DNA of 64,000 bases from Octopus sinensis (Eukaryota): contig NC_043008.1 of NCBI RefSeq assembly GCF_006345805.1, positions 17,732,001 to 17,796,000 of the forward strand, given 5' to 3'. A program made the translations under genes and the position numbers. The notes under the pieces are model-generated. The model was not told where the DNA came from, did not search any database, and saw only the letters and a program-made list of their open reading frames with translations. Of this stretch, positions 1 through 13,014 are shown in pieces; the stretch's first letter is position 1, and every line of letters starts with the position of its first letter.

Positions 1-625
1 CGGAACGCGCAATGTTTCTATATATCAACAAAACCACAAATTATTTTATAACACTAGAATTTTTTTTGCATGGAATTAATTAGTTCATTTACTCTTTGCT
101 CAGATACGTAATTACCAAAAATTTCAACAGGCTATATCTTTCATTTCTCTATTATAGATTTCAGCTAATATTGCGTTATCTAATATCTTTGAGGGTTTCA
201 CGTACACAAAAACAAAAACTGTTCGAGTTGAATTAACATGCATTCATTCTTTTTCCTGTCTGCTTTAGTTTGTGATAAAACAAACGTATCCTTTCGGGAA
301 ATTCAAAATATTGCACAAATATGGAACCAAAAATGAAAGTAAGGTCAACAGGTTGGGTTTGGAACCACATGTCTTGTAGTTCAGTATTACTATACGAAAT
401 CTAGGGTAACTGAAACCTGCCCAGCACATTAGTCGGCTCGTTCATTAATAGTACTAAACATCAAGTAATTGTGCGTAATCGTGTATTATGCACATACATA
501 GACACACATACACAAAACATACCCATACTCACACTCACGTAGTGCACAAGGTTCCTTCAACGGTGCTTCGTCCGATTTATATAATTCTAGCTTAAATAGA
601 CAAAGTTGTACGCATATGTATATAT

Positions 626-659
<34 letters not shown>

Positions 660-856
660 AAAGAGATGAGCTGTAATTGGACATCCATTATGATAGAAAA
701 AGATCCGCTGTCGTCTTACCACCAAGAAAGGAATGTTCTCAAGAAAACTTAGCAAACGCCAGAACGTAAGCAAACAAGACAAATGAAAAGATACAAAATA
801 TAGATAAATCACAAACCACATTTTAGTTGTTAATGTATTACGTAATCATCCGCAAA

Positions 857-1323
<467 letters not shown>

Positions 1324-1324
1324 T

Positions 1325-1494
1325 GTAATATATCCGAGTTTCGGATGCTGAGGTGGATTTTCACCACGGCATCCGAAACTCGGAGTTTTATCTTGGCTAC
1401 CGAATAATTGTCACATATTACATTTACAGATAACTTCCTCTATTTACATAATATCGAGGTCTCTTTCTTGCTTTTGTTATCTTACCGTTTGTAT

Positions 1495-1497
<3 letters not shown>
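1325..1497 (+). mobile_element. Probable PLE pseudo-LTR fragment with 52-nt palindrome
   Basis: Non-microsatellite island between TA tracts; hairpin 1333-1384 containing GAAAC, then a T-rich tail running into (TA)n like the other pLTR fragments. Confidence 0.4.
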
Positions 1498-1531
<34 letters not shown>

Positions 1532-1606
1532 GCTGTGTGCCGAGTGATATTGTTGTAAAATTTGTGTATTTGTGATCACGTGTATACTGTAGTCTGCGAT
1601 TTCATC

Positions 1607-2028
1607 ATGGAGTAGTTGGAACAAAGAGTCATCGTGAAATTTTGCGTTAATATTTGGAAGTCTGCTACAGAAACATCGACCATGCTCGGCAACATTACAG
1701 TGAGGTGACAATGGTTCATACGCAATCTTTCGAGTGTCACAGGTGCTTCAAACAGGGGAGGAGAACCCCTGGAAGATGGTGAGCGACCTGTAAGACCAGC
1801 TACGAGCGTCAACCCCCGGGAATTTGGAGAAACTTTATCAGCTTTATACATAAGGGTCGGAGGTGGACAATTAATGACATTGCTGATGTTTTTGGCCTCT
1901 CGTATGTGTCCATATGGGCAATTCTAACGTCTCTGTCAAGTTTTCCCCCGTCTGCTGACCACTGAGCAGAAAGAACGTGACATCGATGTATGTCGCTCAT
2001 ACTTCGTTTTCGATGGGAGAGTACATGA

Positions 2029-2033
<5 letters not shown>
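1607..2033 (+). pseudogene. Mariner transposase N-terminal remnant
   Basis: Frameshifted reading ME*LEQRVIVKFCV..KSATET..FECHRCFKQGR/LEDGERPVRPATS..RRWTINDIADVFGLSY..KF.PRLLTTEQKER: paired-like HTH plus WVPHEL-equivalent linker. Confidence 0.85.
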
Positions 2034-2110
<77 letters not shown>

Positions 2111-4404
2111 TGCGTGCGTGTGTGTGTGTTTGTTTGTGTAAATATATTTTGTGACAGAAGGGTTCATCATATATATGCACGTATATAAGTAGGCAAATAT
2201 ACATACAGAGATAGAAATATCAATATCCTCTTATCTTGGAAATTAAGGGGGCAATATATACAGAGCAAATTGTGAGCAATAGTTGTTTATGTTCTTAATA
2301 TTCGCTAGAACAAAAGAGAACTGCAACAGCATGCAGTGAGAACATTTGGATGAAAATAGATCAGCCCCTGTCACAATAGTGATCTAAACGCTGTTGAAAT
2401 CTATTAAAAAGTCATTGTAAATATCCCACGTATTTACAGAGAACAAAATGTACACAAGAAACTGATTTAATTTTGCGAAATATGAAATATCACCGGCAAA
2501 GCTTGATTGTTACACATTAATTAAAAAATGCAATATACGAGATAGATAAAGATAGTGATAATACTTGTAAAATTGTGGTGGTAATAACGATAGGGATTTT
2601 ACTGCTGTAGAGAAGGAAAAGACCCTAAAAGCAGTGAAAATATTATAGGTATGACAAATAAGAAATAAGGCCAAAATTATATATCACATTTCATCAGTTA
2701 CAAAGTTATGAAGATTAGTATTAATAAATAATATCCATGTTGCTTGGAGTGAACGAGAAATTGATATAATAGGTTATCAGTAAAGGCTTAAGAACTGAGA
2801 ACAAATAGAAGAGAAAATTCCATGTACAATAGAAGTTAGTTTAGAAAGAAAAAAGAACTGTTGCGATATGAGAGTAGAACGTATCTTTGTATTTTTGTAT
2901 TATCCTAGCAAATGAAAATGCGAGATTAAATGAAGTATTCTTACTGAAAATAGAAGACTGGAAAACATTAAAAGACAATAGATACTTTATGTAGCAAACG
3001 AGTGAGATAATCCAAATGTCACTTGGCATTTCTTCCAGAAAAATGACGTAACGTTAAATAAATAAACCACGTATATTTTTCAAAGAGTTTTGTAAACAAT
3101 GTAAGCCACAAAACAAAGCATGTTCACATGTAATAGATTAAACTGTATAGCTTGAAAGAAAGAGATTCTTTTAAAACAGCGTTTTCAAAGACTAAAGTTA
3201 TGCACAGTTCTATTGAATGATACTATCAACTGTAAAGAAATAGATTCGAAATGATTAAAGGAAAAAGACATTTATTTTCGAATCGATTTTTTTAAAAACC
3301 AAGTTACATAAAGAGAAATATGAGTGCATAGAATAAATTTACATGGCGAATGCCATGTTTATATCAACAGAGTATACTGAATTACATAAAGCGGTCTGGA
3401 ACTCATCTAACGTCTCTTTTGAGCGTATGTAAAATCTCATTCGCCATTTTCGACCAACAAAAGTATGTTGCTATCATCCTTACCCTTGTCTTACGAAAAT
3501 CCACCTTCAAAAGATTGTTCTGTCTTGTGAAATATATCTTCTGTTTTCTAGAGTCAAGCTCTGTCCCTCTATGTATTCTTGCTTTTGCAGCTAATACTAC
3601 TGCTTTCATTTGCGTTTGTCAAAATGAAAGTGTCTACATGTTCCTTTCTTGTTATTATTGCTTCATCTTTTACTTCTCATTAGTAAAAAATTTATGCAGG
3701 ACAGACATGTATTTTGGGAACCTTCTACGATCCCAACTTCTTCAGAGACCATGCTTAACGATTTTGAATCTTGGGGGCAGGTGAGATTAGACTAAATTGC
3801 CCACAGTGATTATCAGCCCCAGCAAGTTTGTAGTCAAATATGTTTAGGCCGTATTTGAACTCAGAACTTAATGGTTCATAAGGAATTATTGTAAAGCCTT
3901 CTTTCTGACTTTCTAATGAGTCTATCATTCCAACATTATCTTAAGCATTAAAATGGCTATATAAAAATTGCTCGTTCGGACACACTGAAGTGGAAATTTC
4001 TTCGTTCTCATTTTCTGGATATTACGGATAGATTTTACCTTCTTTTTACATCTATACTATAATCCATCATCATATGACGACGCGATCATATCAATAAAAC
4101 CTAAAATATATCAACTTAAGCATAAATATTAATACTGATTCCAACGTTGATACATACTCCACTTCACTCCATTCAGTCATCAACGTACTTGATTGGAAGT
4201 TTTATTTTACAAACAATGGAAAAATGAAAGATCAGTTTAACGCAGCAAGATTAGAATCAACGTTATTAATAATAATAGTAGTCTCTCGTACCAAATATTA
4301 CGATTCCTCAACTTTCTTCTGAACAATCTCAACCGATCATTTGTTTTATAGTGATCATGAGTTTATGCTGTATATTAGTGCACTCCCTCCATCAAATCGA
4401 TGTT

Positions 4405-4553
4405 GACTGTACAGGTGCACGGTGTCCGACACAACAAATGTCAACGTGATCGAAGAGCTGCATGAAATGAAGTGTTTTGCTCAAGAACACAACACAGCAT
4501 CCGGTCGGAGAACAGAAACCACGATATTATGATTGCAAGTACGATACTCTAAC
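4405..4553 (-). mobile_element. Degenerate tRNA-derived SINE (family C-related head)
   Basis: Reverse complement resembles the head at 63818 (ggttaga..atcataatatcgtggtttc..gaccgg..tgtgttcttgagcaaaacact). Confidence 0.55.
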
Positions 4554-4825
4554 CCAGAGGTGTTTTAATTTTTTTTTACTACCACGCCTCTACTAGGAAA
4601 ATTTCCTTCTCTCCACGCCCTCCTTGCATCTATGAATAAGGTTCCCTCCCACATCTTAAATAAAATCTAAATTATGCTTTAAGTCGTTTTATTGAATATG
4701 TATTAGTCACATTATACAACATATGTATAATTTTATATATAATCACATTGTACAAAAAGTGAGATACTTGACAGTGCTTCATAACAAAAAATGTATTTCT
4801 TATTGAATATGAATTAGTCACATTA

Positions 4826-5565
4826 TTATTGAGATTCTTGACGCTGCTTCTTAGCTACAATATTTTGAATGCATGGTTGAATGCCAAAGAGAGCACAGAG
4901 AAAGTCACGTTAAATGTTGAGCTTCTTTCTGTACTTGGTCTTGAGGGCAACGAGCGTGGAAAATGCAGCTTCACGAAGAAACATAGCTAAAATCCGAAGC
5001 CTGACGTGAGATCAGAGGATAAATAAGAAGGTACTTGGGCCAAAACGTTTCAAGATCTACTTATTGAAGTCTTCTTTAGCTGGGGAGTTGAACTTCAGCA
5101 CAATAAACTCCTCTTGCACTTCATCCAAAGACAAGTTTTCGATAGTGAAATCTGAGAAAATTTGTTTGCGCTAACTTTCACCAGAACGAGTTCTGCTGCA
5201 AGGAGTAGATTTGGTTTTATGAGAGACTCTCCCATGATATGGCTCTTCCTGCTCTTTGCAGTCAACATGGTGATCTCATAGGAAGCCTCAACAACCATTG
5301 AAGTTTGTTGCCGAAATGCCCCACTACCGTCCAACTTAGCTTGCTTCAAGGAATGTCTTTTTGTTTCAAAGAATCCCATGAGCTTGTCTGCAAGAGTAGG
5401 ATGTGTTGTCCTCAAGTGGCATTCCAAGCATGAGGGTCGCATTCCATCATTGCACAAAGTTTTGTTACATACCACACACTAGGGGACATCTGTGTCACCC
5501 TTTTGGAGGGACACGAATCAAGATCCAATATATTCGTGAAGATACTTCCGTATCTTTGCATTCAT
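4826..5565 (-). pseudogene. hAT transposase remnant (ZBED8/Buster-like): N-terminus joined to C-terminal dimerisation domain
   Basis: MNAKIRKYLHEYIGS*F..P*CVVCNKTLCNDGMRPS.LE.HL.T.H..EASYEI..KSHI.GESLIKP..ISLS, then in another frame DEVQEEFI..ETFW..EAAFSTLVALKTKYRKKLN..CAL..IQP.IQNIVAKKQRQESQ*. Confidence 0.9.
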
Positions 5566-6295
5566 TGCGAATTATTTGATGTACAGTGGCCAGCTCAAAT
5601 GTGTCAATTACAGATAAGGCATGTGTAAGGCAATGTCAAGTTAGAATGCTTGGAGTAAGAAGTTCTGAAAAAAATTCAAACAAAAAGTAAACTTTTGAAA
5701 TAAAGTTAAATTTAAAGAAAAGATATACGAAAAATTTGCACAGTATCTAATATTGTATTTATTTGTACGAAAATATGAAAAAAAAGATTCTTTAAAAAAG
5801 AAAAGATTTTGCACAGATTTTAGTTTTACCTAGTATTTTCTGTAATATTTAAACCTGAAATTTAGTTTAACATTTGGTTTTATATTATAAATTTTTCTTT
5901 AAAAGAATTACTACGAGTAACCTAAACATTTAATATCAAAAATTTTGCTTATTTAAATTTTTTTTATTTTTCCAATCTATGTTTCAATTTCTTTAAAGAC
6001 TTAATTAAATTGAGGAGTAGTGGAACCTACAACATACTTCTTGTTTTATTTCCTATTTTTAAATATATCCCATTTTTATCTTGCTAAAGTTAAAAAATAT
6101 ATTTCAATGTTTTAAATTAAGCTAATATTGCTTAGCATGTTACTATAATGATTTGATAATATTTTCAGCATTTCTCTTGATTTTTAAAAATCACATTATT
6201 TCATATATATGAAAATTGCGGATTAAACTTGTTTATAAGTTATTAACTGAAAAAAGATGGTTGTATTTACACGATAATAATATCTAAGCTTTATA

Positions 6296-6433
6296 CAGTG
6301 GTTCTTAACCTGAGTCTCGTGACAAAAATAATTACAAAATAAAGGCAAATGTTAAAACTACAATTCAGAATTAGAGACGGTTTTGAGGGATATAACGGGT
6401 GTCTATATGTATGGAAAATGTTAAGCAGCGCTA
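6296..6433. mobile_element. Possible small Charlie-like MITE
   Basis: cagtggttcttaacct at 6296 and a degenerate inverted copy atgttaagcagcgcta (11/16) at about 6418-6433. Confidence 0.35.
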
Positions 6434-7076
6434 AGATAGTAGGATAAGAAAACTAAAGGTATAAGGTAAATACTTTTGCATTTTTTCATAAATGTCCCAT
6501 TATTTGACCATGCTCTCGTTAAGAGACTAACAAATATAACCAGAAAGCCTCACGCCACTCTTGAAAATTATTGGGCGCCCTCCCCCAATGAAACTCCTTC
6601 ACAAGGTGTAAAAGATGTAGCTAAATGCAATCCATCGTAAAATGTTATATGACCAACAATATTCGAAGTTATTCCTTTGTCGAAATAAACGCTTAACCTC
6701 CTGAGTAATCTGGTCAAATCGTCCTAGAATAGTATGATGAGGCTGAATATTTAAATTATTTTTAAACATTCTTAGATATCACAACGAGACATCATAGTTA
6801 AGGTTGTTTATATTACATAAAAGTTATTGTCAACATTGCTAGGAATACACGCTTTAGCGAATTATAACTGACCCTGCATGGCGTAATACAGTTGAAATAC
6901 ATTATAGCGCAAAAAAGACACTTCCTAGATTATCGAATCTGTAAAGTCATCGATCAGTTGTGAAGTCAATCAGGGGTTAAATAACAGCTACTTCTTATAT
7001 CAATATTGCCATGTTCACCGGATATGACTACAGGGTTAACACTTTTTTTAACATTAGAAAACAACTAATTACTCAC

Positions 7077-7081
7077 CAAAG
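7077..7081 (-). other. Candidate 5-nt microexon (CTTTG)
   Basis: Minus strand tactgac-ccttcgtcttctactttacga-tgcag|CTTTG|gtgagt: branch point, pyrimidine tract, acceptor and consensus donor. Confidence 0.3.
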
Positions 7082-7969
7082 CTGCATCGTAAAGTAGAAG
7101 ACGAAGGGTCAGTAATTGTCAACTTAATTTAAAATTTTCTTGATTACTCAGAATTAGGATACTAAATAATACAAGATATTTACTCCAGAATTCTTAATTG
7201 GATATCTTAAAAATTAAGGATATTATCTAGGACAAGATATAACACATGGAGTGAAGTGCAGCAGAAACCACGCGAAAACAGAATAAAGAATACATATTAA
7301 AATGAATACACTTGTTAGTACGACTGGGCTAAACTTTATTGAAAAAATTGTGGCTTTGATAGACAAGGCGCCGGTTGAAAAACAAAGTATTTCTATTAAG
7401 ATAGTCTCGTATATGAAATAATGATTTTTATTCCAATGATATTGCTGTAGGTTACTATGTCTTGCACACATCAATATTCATCTAGGAATCGATCGAATTG
7501 ATTACTAATAATTTGGGAAAATATTTTCCGACCTCTTCGAAGCATCAATATCAAAACAAATACTAATATTTATTTATTTTTTTTCATCTTAGAATAAAAA
7601 CAAAAGAAGAAATGATATGAAATAACTAAGTTGTTGAAAATATCGATTAGTTCACAAAAGCATTCAGGTGGAAAGAAACACTATATGGTTCAAAACAAAA
7701 AAGAATCAAACACAAAAATCTTATAGCTGGACACAAATCCACTAAATTTCAAATATATGAAAGAATAGCGTCAACTCCTGAAGATAAAGAAACGAACACC
7801 TTAGTGGCAAGTAAACGTCAGGACTATACAATAATATTTCATACTAAGGAGTTAAGAAAGGAGGCATAAACTACTGATAGTAATAATCATGTTCATCTGT
7901 ATCATCATGCTCTTGTGTTTTTTCTCTTTATTTCATCTTTGCTATTTTGACCGTATGTATGAGGTCATT

Positions 7970-8280
7970 TAACCCTATTATCTCCCCTGATTTCGCTCTT
8001 GCGTCTCCCGTTTGATCTTTGACTTCTGGCCGAAATCAGATTGCCATGTTGATTCGCTAGCCTCTGCACGCATTTTTTTTCTCTCCTTCTTCCTGTGTTT
8101 TTTCTCTGTGTATCTTTCTGTAGAAGAGCGTAGGCTCGAAACGTTAAAGACTTGTTTTATTTATATTTCCTGAGCGCCATATTAATACAATTGTTTGTTT
8201 GTATTCCACCTGCCTTCGTCTTTTGTTTATTTCCGTAAACCTGCCTTCGTCGTTTTTGTCTATTTTCATGAAGCTTCCCG

Positions 8281-8282
<2 letters not shown>
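7970..8282 (+). mobile_element. Solo 3' end / pseudo-LTR of the Neptune-like PLE
   Basis: High-identity reverse complement of 29495-29810; ends in (TA)n. Confidence 0.9.
8113..8150 (+). ncRNA. Minimal type I hammerhead ribozyme motif (A6U core variant)
   Basis: TCTTT-CTGTAGA-A-GAGC(GTAG)GCTC-GAAA-CG-TT-AAAGA: stems I and II paired, palindromic ACGT stem III, GUU triplet. Confidence 0.7.
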
Positions 8283-8331
<49 letters not shown>

Positions 8332-8594
8332 TAAATATAATTATATATGTATGTATATACATAATATATATATATAGTATATATATATATACACACATAT
8401 ATTTATATATATGTCTGTGTTTGTCTGTGTGTCTGTGTGTGCGTTGAATTTGAACTCGGAACGTAAAGATGGATGAAATGCCACTAAGCATTTTTCTGAA
8501 CTTGCTAAAAATTTTGCCACCTCATCTCCTTCAATACTACTTTCATACTGAGCCTAAATTTTAGTGCGCGGCAAAAATGTTCACAGGGTCCGGG

Positions 8595-8762
8595 TGAGTC
8601 GAATACATGGAGCCCAGCGCTCAACTTTAACATATGTTATCGAACCGAAAGGATGTACGGCAAAGTTGATCACGGTGGAATTTGAACTCAGAACATAAAG
8701 ACGTACGTAATGACGCTAAACATTTTTGCCCGCTTGCTAACGATTCTGCCAGCTGGCAGCCT
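8595..8762 (-). mobile_element. SINE family A (Meta-domain-like), degenerate
   Basis: Reverse complement of the family A head and core; a further fragment lies at about 8445-8530. Confidence 0.75.
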
Positions 8763-8790
8763 TAACCACTTTTTATGTTGTCAAATACAA

Positions 8791-9158
8791 GGCGGCAAGC
8801 TGGCAGAAACATTAGCAGGCCGGTCGAAATGCGTAGCCGTATTTCATCTGCCGTTACGTTCTGAGTTCAAATTCCGCCGAGGTCGACTTTGCCTTTCATC
8901 CTTTCCGGGTCGATAAATTAAGTACCAGTTACGCACTGTGGTAGATATAATCGACATAATCCATTTGTCTGTCCTTGTTTGTCCTCTCTGTGTTTAGCCC
9001 CTCGTGGGTAGTAAAGAAATAGGTATTTCGTCTGAGAACAATTTCGGCCGAGGTTGACTTTGCCTTTCATCCTTTCGGGGACAATTAAATAAGTACCAGT
9101 TACGCACTGGGGTCGATGTAATCAAAGAGTCCCCTCTCAACAAATCTGAGGCCCTGTG
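8791..9158 (+). mobile_element. SINE family A, two-unit copy
   Basis: tRNA-like head ggcggcaagctggcagaa..gagttcaaattcc plus core gactttgcctttcatcctttc..gtcgataaattaagtacc; core repeated after the aagaaatagg|tatttcgtct junction. Confidence 0.9.
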
Positions 9159-9251
9159 AACAGCGAGGTATAACTACAGTAGATATTCTGATTGATACGG
9201 TGAGAGAGTAATATCAAGTGAGTCTATGAATGTATGCAAATATATTAATAG

Positions 9252-9335
<84 letters not shown>

Positions 9336-9337
<2 letters not shown>

Positions 9338-9497
9338 CGCAGGAGTGGCTGTGTGGTAAGTAGCTTGCTTACCAACCACATGGTTCCGGGTTCAGTCCAA
9401 ATGCGTGGCATCTTGGGCAAGTGTCTCTGCTATAGCCTCGGGCCGACTAATGCCTTGTGAGTGGATATGGTAGACGGAAACTGAAAGAAGCCTGTCG
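9336..9497 (+). mobile_element. SINE family B (CORE-like), 5' half
   Basis: ggcgcaggagtggctgtgtggtaag..ggttcagtcc..cttgggcaagtgtct. Confidence 0.9.
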
Positions 9498-9586
9498 TAT
9501 ATATGTATATATATATATAATATATTTATATATATGCATACACTTTCTGTTTAAGATTTATTGTAGTGTACATAAATATTATTCTT

Positions 9587-9728
9587 GAGTGGCTGTGTGG
9601 TAAGTAGTTTGCTTACCAACCATATGGTTCCGGTTCAATCCCACTGGGCAGGTGTCTTCTACTATAGGCTCGGGCCGATCAAAGCCTTGTGAGTAGATTT
9701 GGTAGACGGAAACTGAAAGAAGTCCGTC

Positions 9729-9772
<44 letters not shown>

Positions 9773-9962
9773 CTGTGTTTGTCCCCCCTACATCGCCTGA
9801 CAACCGATACTAGTGTGTTTACGTTCCCGTAACCTAGCGGTTCGGCAAAAGATAACGATAGAATAAGTACTAGGCTTACAAAGTCCTGGGGTCTATTTGC
9901 TCGACCAAAAGTGGTGCTCCAGCATGGCCACAGTGAAATGACTGAAACAATTAAAATAGTAA
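9587..9962 (+). mobile_element. SINE family B, near full length
   Basis: Head, internal (TA)/(GT) tract and tail gctccagcatggcc..atgactgaaacaa. Confidence 0.9.
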
Positions 9963-10844
9963 GAATTTGGGTGCAAACAGTAGAAATGATATTTGCATTG
10001 GATGCAAAGACTCTTTTTCGTTAAATGGATATATTTTCTTCATTGATTCAGCACCCGTATATTATTATCCTTTATCTAACCACCACCTATCGTTAATATT
10101 ATTGGACAATTATTGGTGATCTGCAATATTGAAAATATGTTACAGCTGTATACGAACATGTTTGTATTTAATCGAATCATTACTTGATCGAAACTTCAAT
10201 TTATCGAACTAGAAATGATGAACGGCACAGTTGCGTTTTGTAGGGTTAGAACTCAGAATGTAAAGGGCCGAAGCTAAAGACTGTAAATCATTTTTCTAAG
10301 CTACTCTACCAGTTCTGACAGCCGCAACCATCTCGGCATTAATTATAATTTTTGAACAACATCAATAACAACACATAACAAAGTCAATTGAAACACTAAC
10401 ATTGTGATAAACAGAAATAAATAACAAGTGCAGTAAATTTAGTTAAATTATACTAAATTAAGACAATAATTCATTATATAACACAATATAACATGTTAGA
10501 AACAAAAAAATCAAAAGAAAATATAACATATTTAGAAAACACTAGAAAACAACGGAAAATTATTCAAGTTTGCGACGCAAAGAAATTAAGAAGATATTTC
10601 TCTATAATTTATTACAGTAAACAGAAGTGTGCTATTCCCTTGCTGCTGAATGAAGCAATCCGTTTAAATAAACATTGTTCGTTTACATCAATTGTCTGTA
10701 TATCTTTGCGTTTGCGTGTTTCGATGTATGTAGTGCGAAGTATGTGTTTTTACTATCGTACCGCTTTCTTAGGTTTCACGCTTGTGCGTTAATACGAACG
10801 TATATTTGTGGGTATTCTGTGTCAGTGTTTATGTACAAGTGTTC

Positions 10845-10846
<2 letters not shown>

Positions 10847-10915
<69 letters not shown>
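10847..10915. repeat. (GT)n microsatellite
   Basis: Near-perfect run. Confidence 0.95.
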
Positions 10916-10916
<1 letters not shown>

Positions 10917-11119
10917 GAATAACTGTGTATAAAAGCATGTGGTAGCGTGTATGAAAGAGTGCTTATCTGTAAACTTCATTTCTCTACTGATGTGTGATTG
11001 TGTGGGTTTGTATATATGAGTGTGTATGAGAAGAGAGAAAATGAAGAGAAGAGCCTGTTCATGTGATCAAGTGTGAAGCTTCGAACGTGGACACGTATTT
11101 TAGTGTTTATAATGTGTAA

Positions 11120-11121
<2 letters not shown>

Positions 11122-11180
<59 letters not shown>

Positions 11181-11191
11181 ATCATCGTTAC

Positions 11192-11224
<33 letters not shown>

Positions 11225-11445
11225 CATCATCGTTATTATTATTATTATTAGTAGTAGTAATAGTAGTAGTTGTAGTAGTAGTAGTAGTAATAGTAGTAGT
11301 AGTAGTATTTTTATTATCATCATCATCATCATCATCATCATTATTATTATTATTGTTTATATTATTATTTTTTAATATTTTTGTTGTTACTGTTGTTACT
11401 GCTGCTGTTGTTGTTGTTGTTGTTGTTATTATCATCATTATTATT
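11122..11445. repeat. Compound (ATT)/(AGT)/(ATC)/(GTT) microsatellite
   Basis: Direct reading. Confidence 0.95.
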
Positions 11446-11951
11446 TTCTGAATCCTTTCTGTAAATAATGAGTGGTGCTCCATTACTGCAATTTAAACAA
11501 TTTAAACGAGAAAAAATAATACGATATATTTTAGAAAATTCATGTTGATTTTCACCTTTTTTTTAATTGGCGGATTCATTTAGACGGTTACATAGAAATG
11601 GTCGAATAATTACAATGTTGCCACAGTATTAATGGGGTGTGCCTTGATGTCACTGCATCTTTATAAACTTGAAACTGCCCAGTTATTGATAAAATAAGTC
11701 CAGTAAAACAAAAGAGTGTGGAGACTGACGAGATATCCATATTTGGATGGAAGTGTGTAGATTATTGTATGTGTAAATCTATTCTGGAAATATTTACGAA
11801 ATAATACACGCAAAATATTTCTATCTCTATTTCACTTCTTTTTTTCTTTGTCCACTGTTAGGAGAAGGAAAAAAAAAGAAATGGATGGGTTTTAATTTTT
11901 AAGTGAATTTAGATGAAATCTAAAGTTTCAAATTACGTCGTACAGAAAGTG

Positions 11952-12919
11952 TTCATTCATTTTCTACCTCTGTACTATAAAGCTTCAAACGAACTACAAG
12001 GCTCTTGTATTATCTGTATAATAGGCAGTGAGAGGGGAGAGCATGCCTGACTGATGACCAAAGAAAGTGTCCGTGCAGAAAGTCGTACAGAATGGATTGG
12101 TACCATCCACGGCTACCACAGACTTTAATAAAAGTATTTTATGAAAATAGATGAGTGTTTTTTCCAATATTTTTTATAATCATTTCTCCACATATGAAAA
12201 ATGACCATAGAAGAGATTCTGTATCCCAAAGTAGCACACTCACCTTAAATAGCAACTCCAAGAAACTCCACTTTCTATGTGTTTTAATTACAGAGTGTGC
12301 TTATGACTTTGTATGCAAGTGGCGGGTGATGTCGCAAATGTTTCGCTTCATATTTGAGACCAGAGTGAAAAGCTTAAGCAGGAAAGGAGCGCAATATGAC
12401 TGACATACGGGAGAGTAAGGATGGAAAAATTGATTAGTGCGACATCTGGCGGTGTTGGACACCCTGTTGAATGTAGGAAATGAGAAAAGAGTCGAGTGAT
12501 TGATGAGTGCAGAAGAGCAAAAAAGGAGACAATGTCATTATACTATCAGAAACGGTAAAGAAGAACATCGTCTAACAAGACAGAAATTGTTAAAGAAATC
12601 TTTATATTTCTGTTGCATTTGAGGAACTGTTGCTACTCTCATAACCACTGCTGCTATTAGCACAAGCACCGCACTAGCCAACATGCCACAATCTATGTAA
12701 ATACACATTTATTTGTCTGTAGTCTTCTGAGGATAGACTTTTACACCCGAAATATAAAGATTTCTTAAACTTTCTGCACTGTTAGAAACTTTCCTTATTA
12801 CTCATTTCATTCATTTTCTACCTCTGTACTATAAAGCTTCAAGCGAACTAGAAAGCTCTCTTGTATTATCTGTATAATAGGCAGGGAAAGGAGACAGCAT
12901 GCCGGACTGACGACCAAAA
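11952..12919 (+). repeat. Pair of ~112-bp direct repeats (11952-12062 and 12806-12919)
   Basis: ttcattcattttctacctctgtactataaagcttcaa..gtattatctgtataataggcag..gcatgcc.gactga.gaccaaa at both sites. Confidence 0.9.
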
Positions 12920-13014
12920 TCTGGAGCGATTCTCTCTCATATTGTCAAACATTTGAGTAATTCTCCGGATGTCTGTGTGTGCAGCAGCAGCCCCGACTCT
13001 GGTATGGGAGAAGT

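Larger units (their letters stand above)
4555..6600 (-). mobile_element. Internally deleted hAT (Buster/Charlie-type) DNA transposon; ends approximate
   Basis: Left end cagaggtgttttaatttttt..ccacgcctc resembles a Charlie terminus; contains the transposase remnant below; right end inferred from cacgcc/gggcgccc motifs near 6550-6590. Confidence 0.55.

Noticed and set aside
535-580. Minus-strand CGGACGA-A-GCAC..GTGC hammerhead-like shape
   Set aside because: No GAAA box and no stem I.
2700-2860. Faint RT-like reading SVLKPLLITYYIN on minus
   Set aside because: Too few conserved residues to call.
3350-3784. 144-aa plus ORF and overlapping 68-aa minus ORF
   Set aside because: No recognisable domain or convincing splice pair.
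7223-7474. Hydrophobic 83-aa minus ORF
   Set aside because: Hydrophobicity is expected from T-rich DNA; no homology recognised.
12051-12075. CTGATGA-ccaaa-GAAA-gtGTC hammerhead-like string
   Set aside because: Stems I and II do not pair, and the second repeat copy lacks the GAAA part.
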